NCBI GenBank assembly: GCA_026413865.1
Contig: JAOAKB010000002.1
Span: forward strand, 18,206-82,205
Origin: Nitrososphaeria archaeon
Lineage (GTDB): Archaea; Thermoproteota; Nitrososphaeria; JACIWG01
Direction: 5' to 3'
Length of the DNA stretch: 64,000 nucleotides
In this document: one piece after another, positions 27,523 to 38,694 of the stretch
Numbering within the stretch: the stretch's first letter is position 1
Layout: each line of letters opens with the position of its first letter
Translations under genes and position numbers: made by a program
The notes under the pieces: model-generated
Told to the model about the DNA's origin: nothing
Databases searched by the model: none
The model's input: only the letters and a program-made list of their open reading frames with translations

Positions 27523-28875
27523 ATGACAGATAACATAGGACCAAAAATGGAAGTTGATGGAAAAATTAATCTTTTTAGAGACATATTCCCCTTCGACTCA
27601 CCTCCAAAAATAAAGTTAAATAAGGTTCCAGAAAATATTTGGATAACAGATACAACATTACGTGATGGACAGCAAGGTTGGAAAACATTTTCGGTAGAAG
27701 AATCCTTAAAAATTTATGAAATCCTTAGTGCTCTAGGAGGAAAGAAAGGTGTAATACGTTCTACCGAGCTATTTCTTTATACTAAAAAGGATAAGGAAGT
27801 TGTTAGAAAAATAAAGGGATTAGCATTCGATTATCCTAAACCAGTAGGATGGATTAGGGCAACATTATCAGACGCACAACTTGTTTTGGAGGAAGGTTTA
27901 GAAGAAACCACAGTATTATGCTCTATATCAGATTATCATATATTTAGCAAGTTTAATATGAGTAGAAGTCAAGTTTTAGAAAAATATTTGGAAGTTGTAG
28001 AATTTCTTTTGAAAAACGGTGTTATACCAAGATGTACTTTAGAGGATGCTACCAGAGCAGACATAGAGAATGTGGTAGTACCATTTGTGTCTAGGCTTAT
28101 GAAACTTTCAGAAAAGTATAGGTTACCAGTTAGAATAAAGATTGCCGATACACTTGGTGTGGGACTTCCTTTCAGAGAAGCAGGTTTACCTAGAAGTGTA
28201 CCTCTTATGATAGAAACTTTGATTAGAGAAACTGGTATAGAGGAAGAGAATATTGAATTTCATGGCCATAATGACCTTTTTATGGTTACTGCAAACCATC
28301 TTGCTGCGTGGTTAAGTGGTGCAGCACTTTCAAATTGTACACTCTTTGGAATAGGAGAACGTGCAGGTAACTGTCCACTTGAGGCAATGTTGCTAGAATA
28401 TTCTATGATACATGGTATTGAAGGAATAAATTTGAAAGAGATAGTAAAGGCTGCTGAACTTTTTAAGAGCATGGGTCTAATATTCCCTGAACATTATCCT
28501 TTAGTTGGCCCAAATGCTTTTAGAAGCAAGGCTGGAATACATATTGACGCTTTTCTTAAAAATCCTGAAGTCTATTTGCCCTTTGACCCAGTAAATGTTC
28601 TCGGAATCTGGCCTCAAGTGACAATAGACCAGTATTCAGGTAGGGCAAGCGTCGCATACTGGATAAAAACACACCTTAACCTTAACGATGACGACATAAA
28701 AGATGATCCAAGAGTAAATGACATACATAAGGAAATCTTAAAAATGTATGATGCTGGTAGACAAACACCAGTATCGGATATCGAAATGTTTAATTTAGTT
28801 AAAAAATACTATCCTGAGCACATAAAACAAGAAAATGGGTTAAAGGTAGGTGATGAGCGTGTCAACATTAGTTGA
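27523..28875 (+). CDS. Re-citrate synthase-like DRE-TIM acyl-CoA condensing enzyme
   Basis: LFRDIFP, ITDTTLRDGQQ, ELFLYTKKD, SDYHIF, LEDATRAD, HGHND, GERAGNCPLE. No LeuA regulatory domain. Confidence 0.8.
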   Translation: MTDNIGPKMEVDGKINLFRDIFPFDSPPKIKLNKVPENIWITDTTLRDGQQGWKTFSVEESLKIYEILSALGGKKGVIRSTELFLYTKKDKEVVRKIKGLAFDYPKPVGWIRATLSDAQLVLEEGLEETTVLCSISDYHIFSKFNMSRSQVLEKYLEVVEFLLKNGVIPRCTLEDATRADIENVVVPFVSRLMKLSEKYRLPVRIKIADTLGVGLPFREAGLPRSVPLMIETLIRETGIEEENIEFHGHNDLFMVTANHLAAWLSGAALSNCTLFGIGERAGNCPLEAMLLEYSMIHGIEGINLKEIVKAAELFKSMGLIFPEHYPLVGPNAFRSKAGIHIDAFLKNPEVYLPFDPVNVLGIWPQVTIDQYSGRASVAYWIKTHLNLNDDDIKDDPRVNDIHKEILKMYDAGRQTPVSDIEMFNLVKKYYPEHIKQENGLKVGDERVNIS

Positions 28876-30112
28876 AAAAATTATTGCAAAATCCTCTGGA
28901 AAAAATAGTGTTTCACCAGGCGAGTTTGTTCTAGCGGATGTTGATGTAGTTTTTGCACACGATGGTACAGCTTTACTTGCAATAGAGTCAATGCAGGAAA
29001 TTGGTATAGAAAAAATTTTTGACAAGAATAAAGTAGTATTTTTTATAGACCATGCGTCACCTAGCCCTTCACCTCAAATATCGAACATACATTCTGCAAT
29101 GAGAAAATTTGCTAGAAAACATGGCATCAAAATATATGATGCTGGATCAGGTATATGCCACCAAGTTTTGCCTGAAGAGGGATATGTTAAACCTGGTTCA
29201 GTAGTAGTTGGTGCAGACTCTCATACTGTGACACATGGTGCTTTTAATGCGTTTGCAACAGGCGTTGGAAGCACAGATGCAGCAATCGCTATGGCCACAG
29301 GAAAATTATGGTTCATGGTACCAGAATCTGTGAAAATTGTGGTTGAAGGCGAATTTAGAGATATGGTTATGTCAAAGGATCTCGTATTATATGTGTTAGG
29401 AGAGGTTGGAGCTGATGGACTAACTTATATGTCTGTAGAATATCATGGAAGTTGTATTGATCGCTTAAGTGTTGATTCACGGATGACAATTGCAAACATG
29501 GCTGTTGAAATGGGTGCAAAATGTTGCCCAATGGAATTAAATAGTGCAACAGAAGAATGGTTAAAAGAAAGAGTAGGCAACTTTAAGCCAGTGAAAGCGG
29601 ATAAGGATGCAAAATATTTTGATGAGCTTAATGTTAATGCATCAAAACTTGAGCCACTTGTTGCAGCACCATCAAATGTGGATAATGTGAAAAGTGTTAG
29701 GGAAGTTGAGGGTACAGAAGTGGATCAAGTGTTTATAGGCTCCTGTACAAATGGTAGACTTGAAGATATCAAAGTAGCATGTAGAATATTGGATGGAAAA
29801 CAAGTTAAAACACGATGTATAGTTATACCAGCTTCAAGAAAAGTTTACTATGAAGCACTCAATAAAGGGTTCATAGATAAACTTGTTAAAGCAGGATGTA
29901 TTATAGGATTTCCAACATGTGGCCCATGTATTGGAGCACACATGGGCTTATTAGGAGATGGGGAAGTCGCAATATCAACAAGTAATAGAAACTTTATTGG
30001 CAGAATGGGTTCAAGCAGTTCAAAAATTTATTTAGCAAGTCCCGCTACTGCAGCAGCGTCTGCCTTAGAAGGAAAAATTGTTGACCCGAGAAAATATGGT
30101 GAAAGTATATGA
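28853..30112 (+). CDS. Aconitase-family hydro-lyase large subunit (IPMI/homoaconitase type, LeuC/HacA)
   Basis: IDH, GICHQ, GADSHT, GSCTNGR, CGPC.G, STSNRNF.GRMG. Confidence 0.92.
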   Translation: MSVSTLVEKIIAKSSGKNSVSPGEFVLADVDVVFAHDGTALLAIESMQEIGIEKIFDKNKVVFFIDHASPSPSPQISNIHSAMRKFARKHGIKIYDAGSGICHQVLPEEGYVKPGSVVVGADSHTVTHGAFNAFATGVGSTDAAIAMATGKLWFMVPESVKIVVEGEFRDMVMSKDLVLYVLGEVGADGLTYMSVEYHGSCIDRLSVDSRMTIANMAVEMGAKCCPMELNSATEEWLKERVGNFKPVKADKDAKYFDELNVNASKLEPLVAAPSNVDNVKSVREVEGTEVDQVFIGSCTNGRLEDIKVACRILDGKQVKTRCIVIPASRKVYYEALNKGFIDKLVKAGCIIGFPTCGPCIGAHMGLLGDGEVAISTSNRNFIGRMGSSSSKIYLASPATAAASALEGKIVDPRKYGESI

Positions 30113-30627
30113 AGATAAGTGGCAAATGTGTTAGATTGGGAGATCACATAAACACAGATTTAATAATTTCTGGAAAGTACAAGTATAGGACACAAGATAT
30201 AAAAGAACTTGCAAAATATGTTTTTGAAGATCTTGACCCAAAACTTAAGGAAAGACTTTATGGAGGAAGTATCATTGTTGCACAGAAAAATTTTGGATGC
30301 GGTTCAAGCAGAGAACAAGCGCCTAGAGTACTAAAGGCTGCAGGAGTCAACGCTGTTATTGCAGAATCTTTTGCAAGAATATTCTTTAGAAACGCAATAA
30401 ATGTTGGACTCCCAGTAATTATTTCAGAAGAAAAATTTATAAAAATGGTCAAAGATAATGAACCATTAACCATCGACCTTTCATCAGGAAAAGTTTATGC
30501 TCTAGAAACAGGTTTAGAAGCAAATATTAAACCTTATCCCCATTTCATGTTGAAGATTGTTGAAGCAGGAGGAATAGCGGAATACTTTAAAATTCATAGA
30601 ATGTTTCCTTGGGAAACAAAACTATAA
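30109..30627 (+). CDS. Aconitase-family hydro-lyase small subunit (LeuD/HacB)
   Basis: [30 protein letters not shown]. Confidence 0.92.
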   Translation: MKISGKCVRLGDHINTDLIISGKYKYRTQDIKELAKYVFEDLDPKLKERLYGGSIIVAQKNFGCGSSREQAPRVLKAAGVNAVIAESFARIFFRNAINVGLPVIISEEKFIKMVKDNEPLTIDLSSGKVYALETGLEANIKPYPHFMLKIVEAGGIAEYFKIHRMFPWETKL

Positions 30628-30711
30628 AATCTTTTAAAACAAAATTACTTTAAATTTTAATTAATTTGATAATATTTAAATAGATGTGGCCCTAAAAAAA
30701 TTTGATAAAAA

Positions 30712-31179
30712 ATGAATGTTAAAGATGTTTCAAAGGAGATGGTTAAAGAAGAATATGAACTTTCCCAAAGACTGCTGAAACTTGCTGAGACAATAGATAG
30801 TGGTGTCATAAAAGCACTTTTGACAACTGTAGCATTTGATTCAGAAAAACATTCACATCTTTATATTGCAATACTAGATTTATTGGACAAAAGTAGGAAA
30901 ATGGTACCTGAAAGTGATATTGAAAAAATTCAAGATGAAATAGAATTACATATAAAAATTGAAAGCAAAATGTATCAGACAGTAAAAAGCTTGCTTGAAG
31001 ATATTGATGACCCAAAGATAAAAATGATACTTCAGCTTATAATGGAAGATGAAATAAGACATCATAAAATATTTCAAGAATTAAAAAATGTTATTATGTC
31101 CAAAGAGGCTTTAACAGAAGATGTGGTCTGGGACATGGTCTGGAAAGATGCAGTATTCCATGGGGGGCCAGGAGGATAA
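30712..31179 (+). CDS. Ferritin-like/rubrerythrin-family di-iron protein
   Basis: DSEKH and DEIRHH motifs in a four-helix pattern. Confidence 0.75.
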   Translation: MNVKDVSKEMVKEEYELSQRLLKLAETIDSGVIKALLTTVAFDSEKHSHLYIAILDLLDKSRKMVPESDIEKIQDEIELHIKIESKMYQTVKSLLEDIDDPKIKMILQLIMEDEIRHHKIFQELKNVIMSKEALTEDVVWDMVWKDAVFHGGPGG

Positions 31180-31240
31180 AGAACATAATTAATTTTTTTA
31201 TATTAAAAATATATATTCACCTGTTTGGTCTTAGTGTTGG

Positions 31241-32467
31241 GTGGTAAATCTAACAAGCAAAAAAAATATTAATGATAGAGAAACCAATTCAACTAAACAA
31301 TTAAAAGGCTTTTCCACTAAAAGTATCCATGGACACGAATTTTATGATCCAGAATTAGGTTTATTTAAGGTTCCAATCTATCAAACAGTAGTTTGGGAAC
31401 AATTTGATAAAATAACTGGATTGCCAAGAAAAACATCCAGAGAGACTGAATTAAAATATTCGAGAGAAGAGAATCCTACAGTCTATGCGTTGGAAAAAGT
31501 TTTAGCAAAACTTGATGATACAGAGGATGCGCTTGCCTTCAATTGTGGTATGGCTGCTATTTCAACCATTTATCTTTCGACCCTAGAAAGTGGTTCCACC
31601 ATTCTAATATCTAAAGAAGCATATGGTGTCACACAGCAGCTTGCTTTAAATTTAGGCAAATATGGTGTAAAAACATTATTTGGTGGACCAAATACTGAGG
31701 AAATAATTGACCTGATAGATGATAAAGTGAGTCTTGTTGTAGTTGAAACCATAACAAATCCTTTACTCAAAGTTATAGATGTAAACGAGGTTATAAAAGT
31801 ATGTAAGGAAAACAATGTAAAGATTGTTGTCGATAACACATTTGCAACACCAATACTTTATAGACCAGTAAAGAATGGTGCGTGGCTGGTACTCTACAGT
31901 CTAACTAAATATCTTTCAGGCCATAATGATGTAATTGGAGGATCAGTTGCAGGAGACAAAGAAACAATTAAAGTACTATGGGACTGGCGCAAGAATCTTG
32001 GAACAATAATGAATCCATTTGAAGCATATCTTGTAATTCGTGGGCTGGAAACGTTAGAAGTTAGATTTATTAAACAATGTGAAAACGCTTTAGAAATCGC
32101 TGAATTCTTGAAAGATAATCCTAACGTTGAGGAAGTCTATTACCCAGGTTTAAAAGATAACGCCTACCATTCTATTGCAAACAAGGTCTTTGAACATCAA
32201 TTATACGGTGGAGTAGTAAGTTTCAAGGTTAAGGGAGGGAAGGAGTCAGCATTCAATTTCTTTAAAAAGATCAAAGTAATAAAGTCTACACCAAGCCTTG
32301 GCGGAGTAGAAACATTAGCAACATATCCAATATTAAGTGCATCAAAGAGTATGCCTCAATCTTTAAAAGAGGAATTGGGTATAACGGATAATTTGATAAG
32401 ATTGTCCGTAGGATTAGAGGATATTGAAGATTTGAAGGAGGATATAGAGCAAGCCTTAAAAAGTTAG
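31241..32467 (+). CDS. metB: Cystathionine gamma-synthase/lyase family PLP enzyme
   Basis: YSREENPT, GMAAI, VDNTFATP, SLTKYLSGH, SLGGVE, RLSVGLE. Confidence 0.85.
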   Translation: MVNLTSKKNINDRETNSTKQLKGFSTKSIHGHEFYDPELGLFKVPIYQTVVWEQFDKITGLPRKTSRETELKYSREENPTVYALEKVLAKLDDTEDALAFNCGMAAISTIYLSTLESGSTILISKEAYGVTQQLALNLGKYGVKTLFGGPNTEEIIDLIDDKVSLVVVETITNPLLKVIDVNEVIKVCKENNVKIVVDNTFATPILYRPVKNGAWLVLYSLTKYLSGHNDVIGGSVAGDKETIKVLWDWRKNLGTIMNPFEAYLVIRGLETLEVRFIKQCENALEIAEFLKDNPNVEEVYYPGLKDNAYHSIANKVFEHQLYGGVVSFKVKGGKESAFNFFKKIKVIKSTPSLGGVETLATYPILSASKSMPQSLKEELGITDNLIRLSVGLEDIEDLKEDIEQALKS

Positions 32468-32640
32468 AGGACATATAAATTTAAATAATACAATTTTTTG
32501 ACTGAAGATGTTGAGGCTGAAATGGGTGGATTAGTTCATCTGTTCAAAGATTGAATATAGACAACCATTTTTAAATATAGAAACAGTTTTCGTGAACAAA
32601 CATTTTATAGAACTAACAAGATGTTTTGAGGTGAAAAATT

Positions 32641-33624
32641 TTGGCTAATATTTCATTTGCGATACCTAAAGGGTCTCTTGAAAAAGCAACTTACGATTTT
32701 ATAGAAAAAGCGTTCATCAAACTATATGGCAAAGAAAGAAGCTACAGGCCAACATCAAGTGATACGGAAATCAAGTTTAAAATTTTAAGACCACAAGAAA
32801 TACCAATATATGTTTCTGATGGATTATATGATTTAGGGATAACAGGCTTAGACTGGGTTCAAGAAACATCAGCAGATGTCAAAGTTCTTTTAAACCTTGA
32901 ATATGGTCAAACAAAACTTGTTTTTGCAGTTCCAAAAACATTTGAAGCAAACAATATGAATGAAATGATTAAAAAATACTGGTCTGAAAATAGGACACTA
33001 AGAATCTCGACAGAGTATCCTTTATCTATTTCAAAATATCTTATGTCACTCTCTGAATACAAGCAGATTTATGGCGGAATAAAGCCTATTATTATCACCC
33101 CATGGTGGAAGACTGGCGAAAATAAGAATATACAAATATATCTTTCATTTGGTGCTACTGAAGCAAAACCTCCAGAAGAGGCAGACGCAATTGCAGACGT
33201 TTCAGAAACAGGCACAACACTAGAACAGAACGGATTAAAGCCATTAGACTTAATAATAGATTCACAAGCTGTACTAATAGCAAACAAAAGTTCTTTATCT
33301 AATGAATTGAAGAGAGAAAAAATATATGACATTATAGCACTCTTTAGAGGAGTTATAGAAAGTGGGAAAAAATTGCATATATTCGTTAACGTTAAAGAAG
33401 AAAACCTTCAACCACTTGTTTCACTCTTGCCTGGACTAAAGGGGCCAACTATAAGTAAACTTTCTAAGCCCGGATGGTACGCAGTTAACACAGTAATATC
33501 ACGTTCAGAATACATGAAGCTTCTTCCAAAACTAAGAAAACTGGCTCAAGGTCTAGTGGTACATGAGCCACAACTGATAATGCCCTTAGAGGATATAGCG
33601 AAGGAAGAAAACGGTGAAAAATAA
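32641..33624 (+). CDS. hisG: ATP phosphoribosyltransferase, long form
   Basis: AIPKGSL, RPQEIP, DLGITG.DW, GATE, ETGTTL, C-terminal regulatory domain. Confidence 0.95.
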   Translation: MANISFAIPKGSLEKATYDFIEKAFIKLYGKERSYRPTSSDTEIKFKILRPQEIPIYVSDGLYDLGITGLDWVQETSADVKVLLNLEYGQTKLVFAVPKTFEANNMNEMIKKYWSENRTLRISTEYPLSISKYLMSLSEYKQIYGGIKPIIITPWWKTGENKNIQIYLSFGATEAKPPEEADAIADVSETGTTLEQNGLKPLDLIIDSQAVLIANKSSLSNELKREKIYDIIALFRGVIESGKKLHIFVNVKEENLQPLVSLLPGLKGPTISKLSKPGWYAVNTVISRSEYMKLLPKLRKLAQGLVVHEPQLIMPLEDIAKEENGEK

Positions 33625-33626
33625 GA

Positions 33627-34904
33627 TTGAAAACTTACTACATTAACAGAGAAAATATTAGAATGGTATTATCTAATATAAAAGAAAAGAGAACTTACAT
33701 GAAAGATAGGGAAGAGATGGTGTTAAAGGTAATAGAGGATGTAAAAAGAAGAGGGGATGACGCATTAATTGAATACACTAAAATTTTTGATGGTATTATA
33801 CTGTCAAAGGATAAGATTCCCGTTAAAAGTGAGGAAATAAAAAATGCATACAGTTATATTAGTGAAGAACAGATTAAGGCATTAAAGATATTAAAAGAAA
33901 ATATAGAGAAAGTTGAAAAAGAAACCTTCAATAGAATGTTCTTTAAAATTGAAAATGATGGCTTCCAAATTATACAAACTTTAAAGCCAATAAATAGTGT
34001 TGGATGCTATGTACCTGGCGGTGAAGCGTCTTATCCTTCTACAGTGTTAATGGCAGCTATACCAGCAAAAGTTGCTGGAGTAAAGAGGGTTATTGTTGTT
34101 TCTCCACCAAAAAATTTGAGCGCACCACTATTGGTTGCGGCAGACATAGCAGGTGTTACAGAAATCTATCGTATAGGTGGTGCACATGCTATTGCAGCAC
34201 TAGCCTACGGAACCGAAACAGTTAAGCCTGTGGATAAAATTGTTGGCCCTGGAGGAAAGTATGTGACTTTAGCGAAGGCTGCTGTAGCATGTGATGTTGC
34301 AATAGATATGCTAGCAGGTCCTTCAGAACTTGTTATATATGCTGAGGGGGAAAGTTATGCTGAACAGATCGTGCTCGACCTTATTGCGCAAGCAGAACAT
34401 AGCTCAGACACAATATGTGGACTTGTGACAACCTCTTCTAATCTCATTAAACGGGTTGCACAGCTTCTACCAGAGTATATTATGTCAGCACATAGACGTA
34501 ATATTGTTAATTTGTCTATCGAAAACAATGGCTTTCTAGCTTTAGCTGAAAATGAGGAAGTTGCAGTAGACTTCATCAACGAGCTTGCACCAGAACATTT
34601 AGAAATATTCTCAAAAGATTATGAAAAAATTCTTGATTCGATTAAAAATGTGGGTGCGATTATGATAAATGGTTCAAGTGTGGTAACAGACTATTATTGT
34701 GGAATAAACCATATACTCCCTACAAGTGGACAGGCAAGATATAGGGGGGGATTATCTTGTCTAGACTTTGTTAAAATCGTGAAAGTTATTGTAGCGTCAG
34801 AAAAATATTCTGAAAAAACACATTTTGTAATAGAACAACTCGGAAAATGTGAGGGATTACTTAATCATGTAAATAGTTTAATGTATAGAAAAGAGATAAG
34901 GTGA
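33627..34904 (+). CDS. hisD: Histidinol dehydrogenase
   Basis: GCYVPGG, KIVGPG, AGPSE, AQAEH, APEHL, NHILPT. Confidence 0.95.
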   Translation: MKTYYINRENIRMVLSNIKEKRTYMKDREEMVLKVIEDVKRRGDDALIEYTKIFDGIILSKDKIPVKSEEIKNAYSYISEEQIKALKILKENIEKVEKETFNRMFFKIENDGFQIIQTLKPINSVGCYVPGGEASYPSTVLMAAIPAKVAGVKRVIVVSPPKNLSAPLLVAADIAGVTEIYRIGGAHAIAALAYGTETVKPVDKIVGPGGKYVTLAKAAVACDVAIDMLAGPSELVIYAEGESYAEQIVLDLIAQAEHSSDTICGLVTTSSNLIKRVAQLLPEYIMSAHRRNIVNLSIENNGFLALAENEEVAVDFINELAPEHLEIFSKDYEKILDSIKNVGAIMINGSSVVTDYYCGINHILPTSGQARYRGGLSCLDFVKIVKVIVASEKYSEKTHFVIEQLGKCEGLLNHVNSLMYRKEIR

Positions 34905-34950
34905 TTATAAATTGTATCTTTTATTCAATTAAATTTTTGAGGGAAACTAA

Positions 34951-36027
34951 ATGCCTGGAAACTATATTAAATTAGAGGACAAGAGAATATATTTGCATAA
35001 AAATTTTATAGAAGTTAAGAATAGTATAGAAAAACTGGTTTTTGATTGTGATGGCGTTCTAATAAATACAAACAATTCTTATAGAAAGACTATAAGAGAG
35101 ACACTTTCAATAATCTTTAAGCCCTTTCCTCAAAGAAGATTTATTGGATATAGGGAAATTGAAAAGCTAAAGTTTACAGGAATTTACAACAATGACTGGG
35201 ATACAACATACGCTTTAGCACTGTTTCTCTTTACAACCCTATCAGAGGAGCAGACTAAAGAATTAGTTAAATGGTTGACACTACAGAAAAATGATACTAG
35301 TTCTAAATCTTGTAAAAAGGGGTTTAACATAGAACTTCAAAGCTTCTTAAATAGCATAGAATCTGATCCAATTAAAGACCCTGAAAAATATGCAACAAAA
35401 GTATGCAAAGAAAAGGGAACATATAATGAACTAGAAGAATTTATTAAGATAATTGGAAAGCCAACTAATGTTCGAGAAAGTCTGCTAGCAAAAATCTTTG
35501 ATTCAATATATTATGGAGAAAAACTCTTTCAAAAAATATATAATATTGTTCCTCCAATCAAGATTCCAAAAGGAAATATTGAAACAGAAAGATTGTATAT
35601 CAGTAAAAGAACATTATTATTTTTAAAAGAAACTTTCAATTCAAAAATATATCTACTTACAGGCAGATCTAAAATTTCAATTCAATACAAAATGAGATAT
35701 ATGGAAGAATATTTTGATACAAAAAAATCATATTTTATAGAAGATATAGTTAGGGATGGTGTTGGAAACATAAATTTATTTAAAAAGCCTTCTCCAATAC
35801 CATTAATAAATTTGGCAGACAATCAACCAACATTATATATTGGAGATTCAACAGAAGATTTGATATTGGCTAAAAAGGCTAAGGATGTTTCAAACAAAAT
35901 ATATTTTGCCGGAATAGTTAATCCAAATGATAAAATGGTAAGAAGATATTTTATGGAATCAAATGCAGATTTAATCGTTTTATCAGTTAATGACTTACCA
36001 AAAGTATTTAAGAACAAGATAAAGTGA
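34951..36027 (+). CDS. HAD-superfamily hydrolase, candidate histidinol-phosphate phosphatase
   Basis: FDCDGVL, NNDWD, LTGR, KP.P, IGDSTED. Located inside the his operon. Confidence 0.75.
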   Translation: MPGNYIKLEDKRIYLHKNFIEVKNSIEKLVFDCDGVLINTNNSYRKTIRETLSIIFKPFPQRRFIGYREIEKLKFTGIYNNDWDTTYALALFLFTTLSEEQTKELVKWLTLQKNDTSSKSCKKGFNIELQSFLNSIESDPIKDPEKYATKVCKEKGTYNELEEFIKIIGKPTNVRESLLAKIFDSIYYGEKLFQKIYNIVPPIKIPKGNIETERLYISKRTLLFLKETFNSKIYLLTGRSKISIQYKMRYMEEYFDTKKSYFIEDIVRDGVGNINLFKKPSPIPLINLADNQPTLYIGDSTEDLILAKKAKDVSNKIYFAGIVNPNDKMVRRYFMESNADLIVLSVNDLPKVFKNKIK

Positions 36028-36035
36028 TTTAGTTT

Positions 36036-36611
36036 ATGAGAATAATGAAATTGGAACGTAAAACAAAGGAAACAGAAATAGTTATCACATTAAATTTAGA
36101 CGGAAGTGGCAAATATGAAATTGACACACCAATAGCCTTTTTAAATCACATGTTAAGTGAACTAGCGGTCCACTCCTTAATGGATCTACAGATTAAAGCA
36201 AAGGGTGACCTTAAGCATCATATTATTGAAGATGTCGCAATAGTTTTAGGAAATGCAATAAAAGATGCTTTAGGAGATAGAATAGGATTAAGAAGGTTTG
36301 GTTACGCTATGGTCCCAATGGATGATGCACTTGCATTAGCGAGTGTTGACCTTGTTAATAGACCGTATGTGTCAATAAAAATGAAGCTTGAAAAGCAAAG
36401 AGTTGAAGATGTAGCCTGTGAAGACATAATACACTTTATTGAAACTTTTGCTAAAAACATTCCCTGCACATTACATGTGGAAATTTTAAAGGGTGAAAAT
36501 GTCCATCATAAGATTGAGGCAGCATTCAAGGCAATAGCGCTTTCATTAAGGGAGGCATGGTCCTATGATGAAAGAAGAGTGGGCAGTCCGAGCTCTAAAG
36601 GACTGATGTAA
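36036..36611 (+). CDS. hisB: Imidazoleglycerol-phosphate dehydratase
   Basis: RKTKET, HHIIED, PMDDA, HHKIEA, PSSKG. Confidence 0.95.
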   Translation: MRIMKLERKTKETEIVITLNLDGSGKYEIDTPIAFLNHMLSELAVHSLMDLQIKAKGDLKHHIIEDVAIVLGNAIKDALGDRIGLRRFGYAMVPMDDALALASVDLVNRPYVSIKMKLEKQRVEDVACEDIIHFIETFAKNIPCTLHVEILKGENVHHKIEAAFKAIALSLREAWSYDERRVGSPSSKGLM

Positions 36612-37214
36612 ATGATTTTTGCAGTTATAGATTATGGAGCAAGTAACATGTTCAGTCTTATAGCATCCCTTAAACGAGCAAATGTACAAGTAAAAATAGT
36701 TGATGAAAGAGAAAGATTAGAAAAATATTCTGCTATAATATTACCTGGTGTTGGAAATTTCACTTCAGCTGTTCAAAAGATATCTAATCTTAAAAATGAA
36801 ATTTTAGACGCAGTAGCTAAAGGAACATACATTTTTGGAATATGTTTAGGCATGCAGTTACTATTTAATGAAAGCGAAGAAGGACAAGGGGAAGGTTTAA
36901 GCATATTTAGAGGAAAAGTAGTAAAGTTTCCAAAAACAATAAAAGTACCGCATATGGGCTGGAATCTTGTAGAACCTCAAGGATATAGCTTACTGTTATC
37001 AGATTTTGAGAGAGAAAGGTGGGCTTACTTTGCACACTCCTATTATCCAAACCCTTCCAACAACAATATTGTTAAAGGGATAACACATTATGGTATAAAA
37101 TTTGTTTCTGTTGTAGAAGAAGGAAACATATTTGGGACACAATTTCATCCGGAAAAGTCTGGAGAATTTGGTAGACGAATTATTAAAAATTTTGTAGAAT
37201 ATGTTAGAAGGTGA
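36612..37214 (+). CDS. hisH: IGP synthase glutaminase subunit
   Basis: LPGVG, GICLGMQ, PHMGWN, QFHPEKS. Confidence 0.95.
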   Translation: MIFAVIDYGASNMFSLIASLKRANVQVKIVDERERLEKYSAIILPGVGNFTSAVQKISNLKNEILDAVAKGTYIFGICLGMQLLFNESEEGQGEGLSIFRGKVVKFPKTIKVPHMGWNLVEPQGYSLLLSDFERERWAYFAHSYYPNPSNNNIVKGITHYGIKFVSVVEEGNIFGTQFHPEKSGEFGRRIIKNFVEYVRR

Positions 37215-37220
37215 GAGTTT

Positions 37221-37940
37221 TTGGAAATATTGCCTGCAATAGACTTGATGGATGGTAAGGTTGTAAGATTAATAAGAGGGCAACCATCAAACATTATTGT
37301 ATATTCGGATAATCCTTGTAAAGTTGCATTAGAATGGGAGAAAAGTGGAGTCCCAGGAATACACGTTATCGATCTTAATGCAGCATTTGGTTCAGGAAAT
37401 AATCGAAAAATAGTCAAAAAAATATGTGAGAATATAAGGTTGCCAATAAACTTTGGAGGGGGATTGCATACAATTGAAGATATAGAGGAAGCATTTAGTA
37501 TAGGAGTTAGTAGAGTTATTGTTGGATCAGCAATCTTTACAAGAAAACTTGAGTTAGAGGAGGTACTATCTTTTGGAAAAGATAAGGTTATTGTAGCAAT
37601 TGATCACAAGAACGGTAAAGTTACAATAGATGGATGGAAAACAGTTTTATCTATAGACATATATGATGCAATGAAAAGTCTCTGGTCTAGGGGTGCAAGA
37701 CTCTTTCTTACAACCAATACACAAACAGATGGAACGTTAGAGGGTATAGATATCCAATACCTAAAAAAGGTAGAAGAATTTTTAAAACAAGTCTATGTAG
37801 CAGGAGGAATATCCTCAATAAGTGATCTATTAATCTTGAAGCAGATGAAGGTTAAAGGTGTAGTTTTAGGAAGAGTATTATATGATAAGATTATAGATAT
37901 TAAAGAGGCTTTAGAGGTTGCTAAAGATGACTGTAGCTAA
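37221..37940 (+). CDS. hisA: ProFAR isomerase
   Basis: [31 protein letters not shown]. Confidence 0.93.
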   Translation: MEILPAIDLMDGKVVRLIRGQPSNIIVYSDNPCKVALEWEKSGVPGIHVIDLNAAFGSGNNRKIVKKICENIRLPINFGGGLHTIEDIEEAFSIGVSRVIVGSAIFTRKLELEEVLSFGKDKVIVAIDHKNGKVTIDGWKTVLSIDIYDAMKSLWSRGARLFLTTNTQTDGTLEGIDIQYLKKVEEFLKQVYVAGGISSISDLLILKQMKVKGVVLGRVLYDKIIDIKEALEVAKDDCS

Positions 37941-38694
37941 AAGAATAATACCATGCTTAGACGTTGATAATGGTAAAGTTGTAAAGGGCAGACATTTTGT
38001 CGAACTAAGAGAGGCAGGGGAGCCAGTTGAACTTGCAACAAGATACAGGGACGAAGGTGCAGACGAACTAGTCTTTCTCGATATTACTGCAACAGTTGAA
38101 TCACGGAACACATTATATGATGTGGTGAGGAATGTTGCTGAAGTTTTAGACATACCTTTTACAGTAGGAGGAGGAATAAGAAGTATAGAGGACGCTTACA
38201 AAATATTAAGAAATGGCGCTGACAAAATTTCAATAAATACAATGGCTGTTGAAAAACCTGAAATAATCAAAGAACTTTCTATAAAATATGGAGCACAGTG
38301 TGTTGTTGTAGCAATAGATGCAAAAAGAACATATAGGACAAAATCAGGATTTGAAGTATATACTCATGGTGCAAGAGTTCCAAGAAATATAGATGCACTA
38401 GAATGGGCTAAAAGAGTTGAAGAATTAGGTGCAGGAGAAATTCTTTTAACCTCAATTGATAGAGATGGAACAAAGGAAGGATACGACCTAGAACTAACTT
38501 CACTTATTTCCTCAAATGTTAACATTCCAGTTATTGCTAGTGGTGGTGGAGGCACACTTGAGCACATTTATGAGGCACTAACTTTAGGAAAAGCTGATGC
38601 TGCACTCGCAGCATCTATTTTCCACTACAAAGAATATACAATTAGAGAAGTTAAAGAATATTTGAAAAGAAGAGGAGTGATGGTTAGATTATGA
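37927..38694 (+). CDS. hisF: IGP synthase cyclase subunit
   Basis: [35 protein letters not shown]. Confidence 0.96.
   Translation: MTVAKRIIPCLDVDNGKVVKGRHFVELREAGEPVELATRYRDEGADELVFLDITATVESRNTLYDVVRNVAEVLDIPFTVGGGIRSIEDAYKILRNGADKISINTMAVEKPEIIKELSIKYGAQCVVVAIDAKRTYRTKSGFEVYTHGARVPRNIDALEWAKRVEELGAGEILLTSIDRDGTKEGYDLELTSLISSNVNIPVIASGGGGTLEHIYEALTLGKADAALAASIFHYKEYTIREVKEYLKRRGVMVRL

Noticed and set aside
27523-30627. Annotation as leuA-leuC-leuD
   Set aside because: The synthase lacks the LeuA regulatory domain, has Re-citrate-synthase-type motifs and has no leuB nearby, so symbols were withheld.
32500-32560. Possible C/D-box sRNA upstream of hisG (TGAAGA/TGTTGA and CTGA-like words)
   Set aside because: Box spacing is wrong and there is no convincing terminal D box. 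There is also no His-codon leader peptide.
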